Positions 9,123 to 16,413 of a DNA stretch of 20,000 nucleotides are shown piece by piece. Both the position numbers and the translations under genes were made by a program. Every line of letters begins with the position of its first letter. The first letter of the stretch is position 1. Source of the stretch: an uncultured virus (IMG/VR IMGVR_UViG_3300045747_000172) (lineage: Duplodnaviria; Heunggongvirae; Uroviricota; Caudoviricetes); the IMG/VR virus record IMGVR_UViG_3300045747_000172, one strand, 5' to 3'. The notes below the pieces were generated by a model, which did no database searches, was not told the origin of the DNA, and saw only the letters and a program-made list of their open reading frames with translations.

Positions 9123-9139
9123 AAAAAGGACACAGGACC

Positions 9140-9478
9140 ATGCCTTCTGACAACAAGGATGAAGGTTTCGTAACGCACCACGAGCTCGCCCAGTGCCTGA
9201 CGCACTCGGAGCGGCGCGTGAGGGATGACCTCGAGGAGCACATCATCACCATGATCAACACCCATGTGGACTCCGCGCTCGAATCCCGCCTGCTCACGGA
9301 AGAGGAGCGGCAGTGGGTGAAGCTCGCAGTAAAGCACCAGTCCCAACAGATCGCATTGCGTCAGGCAATCATCGACAAGACCCTGACCGCACTGATCTGG
9401 GCAACAATCGTCGGTATCGGAACCTTCATCTGGCAGGTGGGTATCGAGTGGGCTACCAAACACGGGTTCAAACCCTAA
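9140..9478 (+). CDS. Putative holin or lysis-associated membrane protein with one C-terminal TM segment
   Basis: 112 aa; soluble helical N-part followed by TLTALIWATIVGIGTFIWQVGIEW; directly upstream of the endolysin; SD AGGA. Confidence 0.5.
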   Translation: MPSDNKDEGFVTHHELAQCLTHSERRVRDDLEEHIITMINTHVDSALESRLLTEEERQWVKLAVKHQSQQIALRQAIIDKTLTALIWATIVGIGTFIWQVGIEWATKHGFKP

Positions 9479-9492
9479 CCAGGAGAGCTACT

Positions 9493-10284
9493 GTGGATGC
9501 ACGACAACAAGCAATCGCCCGACTGAAGGCCAGGAACTACGCCTGGCCGATACCCTGGGAGATCGTCTACGAGATGGCGTTCAACGAAGACTGCCGGCTC
9601 GTGGCCTACAAGTGCCCGGCAGGGGTCTGGACCATCGGCTGGGGTGACACGGACAACGTGGTGCCCGGCCAGATTGCCACCGCGGACCAGGTGGACCTGA
9701 AGTTCTTCCACGACACCTGCATCTACGCAGGCCAGGTGAGGAACATGTGCACGAGTGCCACCAACGAGAACCAGCTGGGAGCACTGGTCAGCCTCGCCTA
9801 CAACATCGGTCTCGGGGGCAAGAGCACCAAGAAGGGCCTCTACGCAAGCCCGGTGCGGTCGCTCCACAACCAGGGGAAGTACCTCGATGCGTCACGTGCC
9901 TTCAACCTGTACAACAATGCAACGGTCAACGGTGTCTTTTCGGAACTACCCGGCCTCACCGCACGCAGGGCAATGGAGGGGGCGCTCTACCTCAGGCCGA
10001 TCCCGGGTGACCTGCCAACCCAGGCGCCCGTGCAGGAAGTGGCCCCACCGAGCAACCTCACGGTCAGTCCGATTGCCGTCGCCGGCGGGGCGACTGGTGT
10101 GTCTGGTGTCGTGAAGGTCGTCACCGAGTACAGTGACCAGGCGAAAACTGTCCTCGACCAGGTCGCATCCACTGCCACGACCTTCGGCCTCAACCCGGGC
10201 ATGGTACTGGGTGTGGTGCTTCTGGTGGCAGGTGCGGTGGCCGTGTACTATCGCTACAAGCAGCGGAGCGGCGGGTGGGCCTGA
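9493..10284 (+). CDS. Endolysin, GH24 (T4-lysozyme-like) muramidase with C-terminal hydrophobic extension, 263 aa; start revised to GTG 9493
   Basis: SD AGGAG at 9481-9485. NEDCRLVAYKCPAGVWTIGWGDT gives the E-X8-C-X5-T triad; also NENQLGALVSLAYNIG and LPGLTARRAMEGALYL; TM-like MVLGVVLLVAGAVAVYY near the C-terminus. Confidence 0.9.
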   Translation: MDARQQAIARLKARNYAWPIPWEIVYEMAFNEDCRLVAYKCPAGVWTIGWGDTDNVVPGQIATADQVDLKFFHDTCIYAGQVRNMCTSATNENQLGALVSLAYNIGLGGKSTKKGLYASPVRSLHNQGKYLDASRAFNLYNNATVNGVFSELPGLTARRAMEGALYLRPIPGDLPTQAPVQEVAPPSNLTVSPIAVAGGATGVSGVVKVVTEYSDQAKTVLDQVASTATTFGLNPGMVLGVVLLVAGAVAVYYRYKQRSGGWA

Positions 10285-10781
10285 CCCTGCTCCTGGGGCT
10301 CGGCCGCGGTGCCCTGGGATGGCTCACGAAGGTCCCTCTGTGGGTCTACGCAGCGTTGGCGGTACTGATCTGGGGTGCTGTGGGGTACCACCAGGCCGCC
10401 AACCTGAAAAGGGAGAAGCAGGCCGCGGCAGTCGCCGTGATGCAGGAAACCTCACGCCTCGAGGCTCAGGCCCGGGCAAAGGAGAAGCAGGATGGAATCG
10501 TCAACCAGGCCGTCACGGACAGTCTCGTCCGCACTATGGCGAGGGCTGCCACTGAGCGTAGTGCTTCTGAGCAGCGGCTGCGCGCTGTGGCAGCAGCCTG
10601 GGCCGCAAGTCAAGCCAGCGGCGACGCCTGCGCCGGCAGAGGAGGTGATGGTGCCCCCACCGTCGCAGTCCTTTCGGAGTCGGTACGAGGAGATCTTGAT
10701 GCGCTCGTGGCCGACGCGGATACCGTCGCAGGGCGCCTCAGCGCCTGCCAGCGGTACATCAGGGAAGTAGTCAAACCCTGA
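10275..10781 (+). CDS. Inner-membrane spanin (Rz-like)
   Basis: GTG start with GGAG SD; N-terminal TM (VPLWVYAALAVLIWGAVGY), Ala-rich coiled coil, C-terminal ADADTVAGRLSACQRYI motif; follows the endolysin. Confidence 0.8.
   Translation: MGLTLLLGLGRGALGWLTKVPLWVYAALAVLIWGAVGYHQAANLKREKQAAAVAVMQETSRLEAQARAKEKQDGIVNQAVTDSLVRTMARAATERSASEQRLRAVAAAWAASQASGDACAGRGGDGAPTVAVLSESVRGDLDALVADADTVAGRLSACQRYIREVVKP
10492..10770 (+). CDS. Outer-membrane lipoprotein spanin (Rz1-like), embedded in the +1 frame of the i-spanin
   Basis: GGAG SD at 10481; hydrophobic stretch ending LSVVLLSSG-C (Cys30, 10579-10581), followed by a Pro-rich mature region. Confidence 0.7.
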   Translation: MESSTRPSRTVSSALWRGLPLSVVLLSSGCALWQQPGPQVKPAATPAPAEEVMVPPPSQSFRSRYEEILMRSWPTRIPSQGASAPASGTSGK

Positions 10782-11055
10782 TCACTGGCACACCACGTTC
10801 ATCGGCGGCGTTGTAGCCTTCCTGGAAGAACGTGGTCTGCTGGGGGATCTGCCTGACCCCCTTCATCACCGGCTTCACCACCGTGTGCCCCAGCCTGGGC
10901 AACGCTGCGTTGTGCACGCCGCGTGCGGGCATCCACTTCTTCACGATCAAGCCAGGGCCGTGCTCTGCGATGAGGCGCTGGAGCTCGGCCACGTATTCCT
11001 CGGCCGTGATTGCGGGGAAGCGCCAGGGGTCGGTGGGGAAGAAGTCGTCTGACAT
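10771..11055 (-). CDS. Hypothetical phage protein, 94 aa (MSDDFFPTDPWRFPAITAEEY...); start revised to ATG 11055
   Basis: Strong SD AAGGAG 5 nt upstream; GC3-rich codon usage; last gene of the minus-strand arm. Confidence 0.7.
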   Translation of the reverse strand: MSDDFFPTDPWRFPAITAEEYVAELQRLIAEHGPGLIVKKWMPARGVHNAALPRLGHTVVKPVMKGVRQIPQQTTFFQEGYNAADERGVPVIRV

Positions 11056-11474
11056 GTGGGCTCCTTGGTGACGAACAGGCGGTAAGGGTAGCGGTCGGGA
11101 TGGCGCGCCGCCAGGCCACACCACTCGATCTGGTGGAGAGCGTACTTGGACCGGCAGGCCCGCGCAAGCTCCGTGTCTTCGTCGGGCATGTCCACGTCCG
11201 AGAGGCTGCTCCAGTACTCACCGTTCCACCAGCGCCGGCAGAGCAGCGCGATCCCCGTGACCTTCCGGGTGAGATACCACCCGACCATGGGTGGGGCGTG
11301 TGTGGAGGTCAAGGCCCAGGGTGTCGTACCAACGAGGACCTCGGCGACGACGGTAGGACTCTCGCTGGGCAGCGGTAGGTCGAGTTGCTTCATGGGATCT
11401 CTTCTTGGGTTGAGGCGTTGCAGGGTGTCGGCCATCTGCTTCCGCACGGCCTTCTCGGTGGTCCAGGGTTGCAC
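10947..11474 (-). CDS. Hypothetical phage protein (PPMVGWYLTR...RRWWNGEYWS...IEWCGLA), 175 aa
   Basis: GGAG SD 7 nt before GTG 11474, just after the SbcC stop; Trp-rich core looks protein-like; alternative start ATG 11393. Confidence 0.6.
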   Translation of the reverse strand: MQPWTTEKAVRKQMADTLQRLNPRRDPMKQLDLPLPSESPTVVAEVLVGTTPWALTSTHAPPMVGWYLTRKVTGIALLCRRWWNGEYWSSLSDVDMPDEDTELARACRSKYALHQIEWCGLAARHPDRYPYRLFVTKEPTCQTTSSPPTPGASPQSRPRNTWPSSSASSQSTALA

Positions 11475-11488
11475 GGTAGTTCTCCGAT

Positions 11489-13300
11489 TCAGGCGGTGCG
11501 GGCTCTGCGCCGAAGCTCAGGAGGTGCCGCTGCACCATTTGGATTCGCATCTGTGGGGGCATCGGCACTTCCTTTCAAACATAGGCCGGATAGATCGAAA
11601 CGGGTGCCGTGCTCCTTGGTCTTGATGGCACCCACTTGACCCCTGAAGCCGCTGAAGCCCAGGGTCCTGTGGTCGAGCACCCAGATCTGCCGATGCTCGT
11701 CCTCTGCACGCTGCTCGAGGGCCTCCATGAGGTCCTGCACACCCTGGGGACTGAGCCACTGGGTGGGTTCGTCCCAGACCTCGAGTGCCAGGGGACTGTT
11801 CGTCCGCTGCCGGATGAGGTTCGAGAGCCCCATGTTCGCCGCCAGGCGCAGGCGTTGGCTCTCACCACCACTCCACGCCTCCCAGGGCACCGCCTTGTCG
11901 TTGTGGGGGCTGAGCACACTCACGCTGAAGCCCCGGGACAGGGTACCGCTCTTGGTCTCCTTGTCAACGTCGAACAGGAGTGTCCAGTCCTGTAGCCCGA
12001 GCCGGGTGATGCAGGAGTTGACCTCGAGCTCCAGCTGGTCGAGTGCCTCCGAGATCAGGCCCAGGCGGATCTCCTTGAACCACGTCGCCCAAGAGCTCGC
12101 CAGACTCTCCTCCTCCTCCGCCTTGCGCTGCTCCTGTTCCAGCGAGTAGATCTGGCTGTGCAGGTCCGCCAGGAATTCACGGTCACGGTGGGCGCGGTCA
12201 GCGTAGGGGTTCACTTCCTTCTCGATGCCCTCACTCCGGGACTCCAGCTGGTCCAGCGTCTTGTCGATCGCCGCGATGTCACGCTCGGTCTGCCGGACAC
12301 CGGTCTGCGCGTCACTCAGGGCCAGCAGGCACTCCTTGGCCTGCGCCTTCAGCTGCACCACCAGTTCAATGGCACCGTGCATGGTGGCCTTGATGGCACT
12401 GCCGCATGTAGGGCAGACACGAGGCAGGTTGTCAGCGAACCCGCGGCTGGGCTCGGCCTTGCGCTGCTCGCGGTGGTGCTCTGCCGACAAGACCATCTGC
12501 TCGACGCGGTCGTACTCCACCTGCTTGACCTTGACCTCCCCACGCCGATCGGTGAGGCGCTGCTCGAGGTCCTTCTGACGCCGTATCAGGCCCAGGTACT
12601 CCTGCTCGATGCTCTTCAGGCGCAACTCACGCTGGGCTTCCCAGTCGGCAACAGGGTCCGTCTTCTGGGCTTCCAACATCACCGCCAAACGCCCTTGTAA
12701 ACCTGAGAGGGTGGAATCGGACCTGTCGAGCCATCTTCGTGTCTCAGACGCCTTGTCTGACGCCTTCTTGGCGTATTCGAGCCACTTGTCCAGACCCATC
12801 ACCTCAGCGAACAGTGCGGCCTTGGGCTCAGCCTTCATGTCGAGGAACATGTCACGGCCCTGGGCCATGAGGATGCTGCTCAGGAAGGTACTGAACTCCA
12901 GCCGCAGTGCCGCCAGCAGCGGATTGGTCTCGCCCTTGGTGAGATCCCACGTGTCGCCGAAGCCGTTGGAGAGGGTCCAGGAGTTGGGTCCCCAGGTGCG
13001 CGTGCAGGTGTACTGCATCCAGGCCGGCTGCTCGACCTCGTAGGTCAGCTCTACCGAGCAGCCCTTGGTGACGTCCCAGTTGCAGACGCTGCCGGCCTTG
13101 AGCCCGCGGGAGGTCTTCTCGAAGATCAACCAGGTGAGTGCCTCCCACACCGTGGTCTTGCCCGCAGCGTTGCCCTCCAGGCGCGGCTCAGCCTGGTTGT
13201 CACCGTACATGAAGTACAGCCCGGGCCCCTCAGGGAAGAGGAACTCCTGGCTGCCCTTGACGCTGCGGAAGTTCTTGAGCCGTAGTGCCTTGAGTCTCAC
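11489..13300 (-). CDS. Rad50/SbcC/gp46-like SMC-family ATPase
   Basis: LRLKNFRS start, Walker A GNAAGKTT, Q-loop LMAQG, coiled coils with central Zn-hook CPTCG, signature WSGGE, Walker B VWDEPT, H-loop VLDH. Confidence 0.92.
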   Translation of the reverse strand: MRLKALRLKNFRSVKGSQEFLFPEGPGLYFMYGDNQAEPRLEGNAAGKTTVWEALTWLIFEKTSRGLKAGSVCNWDVTKGCSVELTYEVEQPAWMQYTCTRTWGPNSWTLSNGFGDTWDLTKGETNPLLAALRLEFSTFLSSILMAQGRDMFLDMKAEPKAALFAEVMGLDKWLEYAKKASDKASETRRWLDRSDSTLSGLQGRLAVMLEAQKTDPVADWEAQRELRLKSIEQEYLGLIRRQKDLEQRLTDRRGEVKVKQVEYDRVEQMVLSAEHHREQRKAEPSRGFADNLPRVCPTCGSAIKATMHGAIELVVQLKAQAKECLLALSDAQTGVRQTERDIAAIDKTLDQLESRSEGIEKEVNPYADRAHRDREFLADLHSQIYSLEQEQRKAEEEESLASSWATWFKEIRLGLISEALDQLELEVNSCITRLGLQDWTLLFDVDKETKSGTLSRGFSVSVLSPHNDKAVPWEAWSGGESQRLRLAANMGLSNLIRQRTNSPLALEVWDEPTQWLSPQGVQDLMEALEQRAEDEHRQIWVLDHRTLGFSGFRGQVGAIKTKEHGTRFDLSGLCLKGSADAPTDANPNGAAAPPELRRRARTA

Positions 13301-14304
13301 TTGATGAACTCCAGTCCCATGTCGAGTACCTCACCGCCTAGGTCTTCCCAGCGAACGAACCGCTCCACCGCCTGTTCGTCGGTGAGTCTGACCGCTTCCT
13401 CCGACGTGGTCGCACCGATGCCAGATACCCCGCCCGTATGAGGCTGGATTCGCATGCTGATGTCGTGCAACTCGACCTGCTCGAACTTCAGGTGCTCGAG
13501 GATCTCACGCCTGATGGCGAGCCAGCGGTGCTTGTCCCCAGGGTGCAGTGTGACCTCCAGCTTCACCTGGTCGCCGGGCTTGAAACCGACGTACCGGACG
13601 TTTGCGCCGTCCAGCTTGAGGCTCAGCCGCCTGGGGCTCTCGAAGTGGAAGTCCACGGGCCGGCCGCGTCGGTCGAGCAGCAGCACGCGGGGCTTGAAGT
13701 TGTCACCGAAGTGCACGTGGTACGGGGAGCCCACGTACTCGACACCCTTGATGACCTGAGGCACGTGGATGTCGCCGCTGTACACCTTGCCCCAGGCGGT
13801 CATGTCGGGCACGCCCTCGTCAGCCATCTCCATGCCGTTGCTTGCGATGGCCCCACCGACGGTCTGGTGCATGAAGACGTAGTTGAAGTGGGTGGTGTCG
13901 ATGCCCTCCCAGTCCTTGGTCGGCGTCTTCGTGTGGGGCAGCCACAGGCAAGCGGCGCCGTTGTCGAGCATGTCCTCCCACGGCTTGCTCACGAACGTCA
14001 CGTTGGGCAAGCGGTTGAGGAAGTCGAAGTAGGCGTGGCCGGCCCTGAGGTAGTCGTGGTTGCCCATGAGGATGATCACGCGGATGCCCTGAGAGCTGAA
14101 CCGCGTGATCTGCTCCACGATGCGGTTGGTGAGGCTGCTGGGGTGGTAGTCCTTGGAGTCGGTCAGGTCCCCGAGGATGCACAGGGTCTCGATGTCCTCA
14201 ACGCGACACAGGTCTTCGAGGTAGGTGAACAGCGCCCACCGGTACTCGTCGCGTGGGGACGCGGTCAGGTGCAGGTCGGACACTAGGAGTGCTGGTAGAA
14301 GCAT
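13297..14304 (-). CDS. Mre11/SbcD/gp47-like metallophosphoesterase nuclease
   Basis: SDLH, LGDLTD, MGNHD, MHQT, SGDIH, YVGSP motifs; GTGA overlap with the SbcC-like gene. Confidence 0.92.
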   Translation of the reverse strand: MLLPALLVSDLHLTASPRDEYRWALFTYLEDLCRVEDIETLCILGDLTDSKDYHPSSLTNRIVEQITRFSSQGIRVIILMGNHDYLRAGHAYFDFLNRLPNVTFVSKPWEDMLDNGAACLWLPHTKTPTKDWEGIDTTHFNYVFMHQTVGGAIASNGMEMADEGVPDMTAWGKVYSGDIHVPQVIKGVEYVGSPYHVHFGDNFKPRVLLLDRRGRPVDFHFESPRRLSLKLDGANVRYVGFKPGDQVKLEVTLHPGDKHRWLAIRREILEHLKFEQVELHDISMRIQPHTGGVSGIGATTSEEAVRLTDEQAVERFVRWEDLGGEVLDMGLEFIK

Positions 14305-14791
14305 AGGTGCTCACGTAGTAGAGGAGGGCCAGGGCGTCAGCCTCGTTGCTGTCAGTGTCGTTCTTGTCGATCTTGAGGCTGGTGTGGCCCTTGGCGATCA
14401 TTGCCCGGATGATCGCCTTCTTGTCACCCGAGCCCTTGCCGGTGGCGTGCTTCTTGATGGTGCCAACAGGGATGGCCTCGTAGGGCACCTTGTTCGCCTC
14501 ACACCACGCGGTGAGCGTAGCCTGGAAGCCGCCGTACATGTGACCAGCAGCCACTGACATGGCCCGCTGCTTGACTTCCTCGTAGGCCACTTGGACAATG
14601 TCGCTCTCGCGGTTCATCTCGTCCAGCCACCGCTGGAAGCGCAAGTAGCGCATGCCGGCCCCGTCCACCCGCCCGTTGATGGCGAAGGACTGCTGGCCGC
14701 TGTTGACCAGCCAACGCTCTTGGTGCGTGCTGTAGCAGCCCAGTGCCCACCCGGTCATAGTGCCGAGGTCGAGGGAGAGGATGGACCTCAT
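14198..14791 (-). CDS. RuvC-like Holliday junction resolvase
   Basis: ILSLDLGT.TGWA, VAYEEV, PVGTIKKHATGKG...K, NEADALALL; RNase H-fold acidic residues present. Confidence 0.85.
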   Translation of the reverse strand: MRSILSLDLGTMTGWALGCYSTHQERWLVNSGQQSFAINGRVDGAGMRYLRFQRWLDEMNRESDIVQVAYEEVKQRAMSVAAGHMYGGFQATLTAWCEANKVPYEAIPVGTIKKHATGKGSGDKKAIIRAMIAKGHTSLKIDKNDTDSNEADALALLYYVSTYASTSTPSVRPAPDRVPTRRVPVGAVHLPRRPVSR

Positions 14792-14952
14792 GCGTCACAC
14801 TGAGCCCACCAGTCAGCCGCGCCGAACGGCACGACCTCGTAGTCATCGCTCTTGTACAGGTACTGGGGCAGCTCGTAGCGGAAGCACCAGCTACCGTCGG
14901 GCCAGCGGATGATATCCTCGCTGCTGGTGTCGGGGATTTTGGTCGTGGTCAT
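14788..14952 (-). CDS. Small acidic/aromatic hypothetical protein, 54 aa, absent from the ORF track
   Basis: Manual translation MTTTKIPDTSSEDIIRWPDGSWCFRYELPQYLYKSDDYEVVPFGAADWWAQCDA*; SD GGAG upstream; ATGA overlap with the RuvC-like start. Confidence 0.75.
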   Translation of the reverse strand: MTTTKIPDTSSEDIIRWPDGSWCFRYELPQYLYKSDDYEVVPFGAADWWAQCDA

Positions 14953-15151
14953 GTTGCTTCTCCGGTTGTGGCACGTACCGCAGGGTAGCCGCCTTAGGCC
15001 CCCAGCAGCCGTTGCCTAGGGCCTCAGCCACCGCCGCCGCGATCTCGGGGTCACCGCAGAGCACGGTGACATAGCGGCCGAGGACCTCGGTGGTCACGGC
15101 GTATCCGTCATGACCCCCTAGTCCGGCGTGTGGGTGCTCAGGGCTTGACAT
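14891..15151 (-). CDS. Hypothetical protein, 86 aa
   Basis: GAGG SD, overlaps the stop of the upstream gene and fills the gap in the operon; the last ~20 codons overlap the next gene. Confidence 0.5.
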   Translation of the reverse strand: MSSPEHPHAGLGGHDGYAVTTEVLGRYVTVLCGDPEIAAAVAEALGNGCWGPKAATLRYVPQPEKQHDHDQNPRHQQRGYHPLARR

Positions 15152-15329
15152 CGAGGGCCTCGATTCGCTTGGCTAGGCGCATGAGCAGGTCGTGCTGGCG
15201 CTCCCGTTCCCGGGTCCGCTCCTTGCGCTGCTTGGAGCGTATGACACCGCATTCGTGCCTAAGCACGGTGGCGGCATCCTGCAGGGCCTTGGTGCGCACA
15301 GTGTCAGCTATGGCAACGGGGTCAGCCAT
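15138..15329 (-). CDS. Small basic helical hypothetical protein, 63 aa (MADPVAIADTVRTKALQDAA...); start revised to ATG 15329
   Basis: ATG 2 nt after the RecA stop (TAG-CC-ATG), the same junction seen elsewhere in the operon. Confidence 0.6.
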   Translation of the reverse strand: MADPVAIADTVRTKALQDAATVLRHECGVIRSKQRKERTRERERQHDLLMRLAKRIEALDVKP

Positions 15330-15331
15330 GG

Positions 15332-16411
15332 CTAGTACTTGGTGCTTTTGGGCAGGAAGCCGGTTTCGATCGTAGCCCACTCCTCGTGGACGATCTTGGC
15401 CAGCGCAGCGCGGAGATCCTGCACCTCCGGCCCGCCCTTGTCCCGCAGGTGGTTGAGGCGGGTCTTGTAGCCGGTCTTGGACATGCCGAGCGGCTTGATG
15501 AGCTCCTCCCGGCCGACCTCGATCAGCCATGCAACGTCGGCCATGAGGTCGTCGATGCCGTAGCCGAACAGGATCGGGTAGTCCGCCTCGCGGAAGGGCA
15601 GACCCACCTTGTTCTTCTTGACCCGGGCACGCACGTCAATGCCCACCACCCGTTCGATCTTGTCGATCACCCGCTTGATCTTGCCGATCTCCGCCAGCCA
15701 CACAATCTGGCTGGCGTAGAAGTCGAGTGCTCGGCCACCGCTGCGGGTCTTGGTCTCACCGAACGTGACGTTCAGCTTGTCCCGGATCTGGGAGATGATC
15801 ATCAGGTGGCACCGCTTGGCTTCCAGTTCGTCCACCAGGTCCCGGAACAGCTGCCCGATTAACTTTGGCTTCTTGCCCCCGTAGCTTGCCTCACCGAACT
15901 CCGCCTTCTGCTCGGCTTCGTCACTGATCGCGTCGAGGCTGTCCAGGATGTACAGGCCCGGTTGCCCGCGCAGGCCATCAAGGTAGGTCTCGAGGTCCTT
16001 GTGCCACTGCTCGACCGTGCGCATGGGCTCCTTGTTGAAGATGATCCGGTCGATCGGGATGCCCAAGGCTCGGGCATAGGCCTGGTCGAATGCGGCCTCG
16101 GACTCGGCGTACCGTGGCTTGGCACCACTGTACTTGCGGGTGAAGTTGGCAGTGGACTCCATCGCGATGAGGGTCTTGCCCGCGCTCTTGTCACCCACCA
16201 CGTTCGACACGCGGCCTTCCGCCCAGCCCCCACCGATGGCAGCGTCGAGCAGGGCGCAGCCGCTGGTAAAGAACTCCACCCCCTCCTTGTCCGCCCCCTG
16301 GGTGAAGTAGGAGGCAGCATCCGCCACCTCCTTCCTCGGGCTCGGTGCACGCTCCAGAGGCTTGCGCACTGCCGACTTGGCAGGCGCAACTAGTGCTTTG
16401 CGCTCTGCCAT
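15332..16411 (-). CDS. recA: RecA/UvsX-like recombinase
   Basis: TSGCALLDAAIGGG, Walker A GDKSAGKT, ESEAAFD..YA..LG, Walker B ILDSLDA, ISQIRDK, SGGRALDFYAS, VKKNKVGLPFRE. Confidence 0.92.
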   Translation of the reverse strand: MAERKALVAPAKSAVRKPLERAPSPRKEVADAASYFTQGADKEGVEFFTSGCALLDAAIGGGWAEGRVSNVVGDKSAGKTLIAMESTANFTRKYSGAKPRYAESEAAFDQAYARALGIPIDRIIFNKEPMRTVEQWHKDLETYLDGLRGQPGLYILDSLDAISDEAEQKAEFGEASYGGKKPKLIGQLFRDLVDELEAKRCHLMIISQIRDKLNVTFGETKTRSGGRALDFYASQIVWLAEIGKIKRVIDKIERVVGIDVRARVKKNKVGLPFREADYPILFGYGIDDLMADVAWLIEVGREELIKPLGMSKTGYKTRLNHLRDKGGPEVQDLRAALAKIVHEEWATIETGFLPKSTKY

Positions 16412-16413
16412 GG

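Noticed and set aside
9313..9492. N-terminal 60-aa extension of the endolysin in the ORF track
   Set aside because: It overlaps the holin-like gene, and a strong AGGAG SD supports GTG 9493 instead.
11218..11568. 116-aa minus-strand ORF with an apparent SD (AAAGGAAG) inside the SbcC 3' end
   Set aside because: It overlaps both SbcC and the better-supported 10947-11474 gene and its C-terminal part looks like frame noise. It is not fully excluded.
12740..12770. Short inverted repeat TCAGAC-N5-GTCTGA inside SbcC
   Set aside because: It is only a 6-bp stem within coding sequence (KKASDKASE) with no U-tract, which is expected by chance.
14198..14304. Long 3' overlap of RuvC into SbcD (and similar overlaps at 14891-14952 and 10947-11055) as a sign of recoding or an alternative genetic code
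   Set aside because: TAA, TAG and TGA all terminate well-supported genes and no conserved domain is interrupted; run-on tails in a compact genome explain the overlaps.
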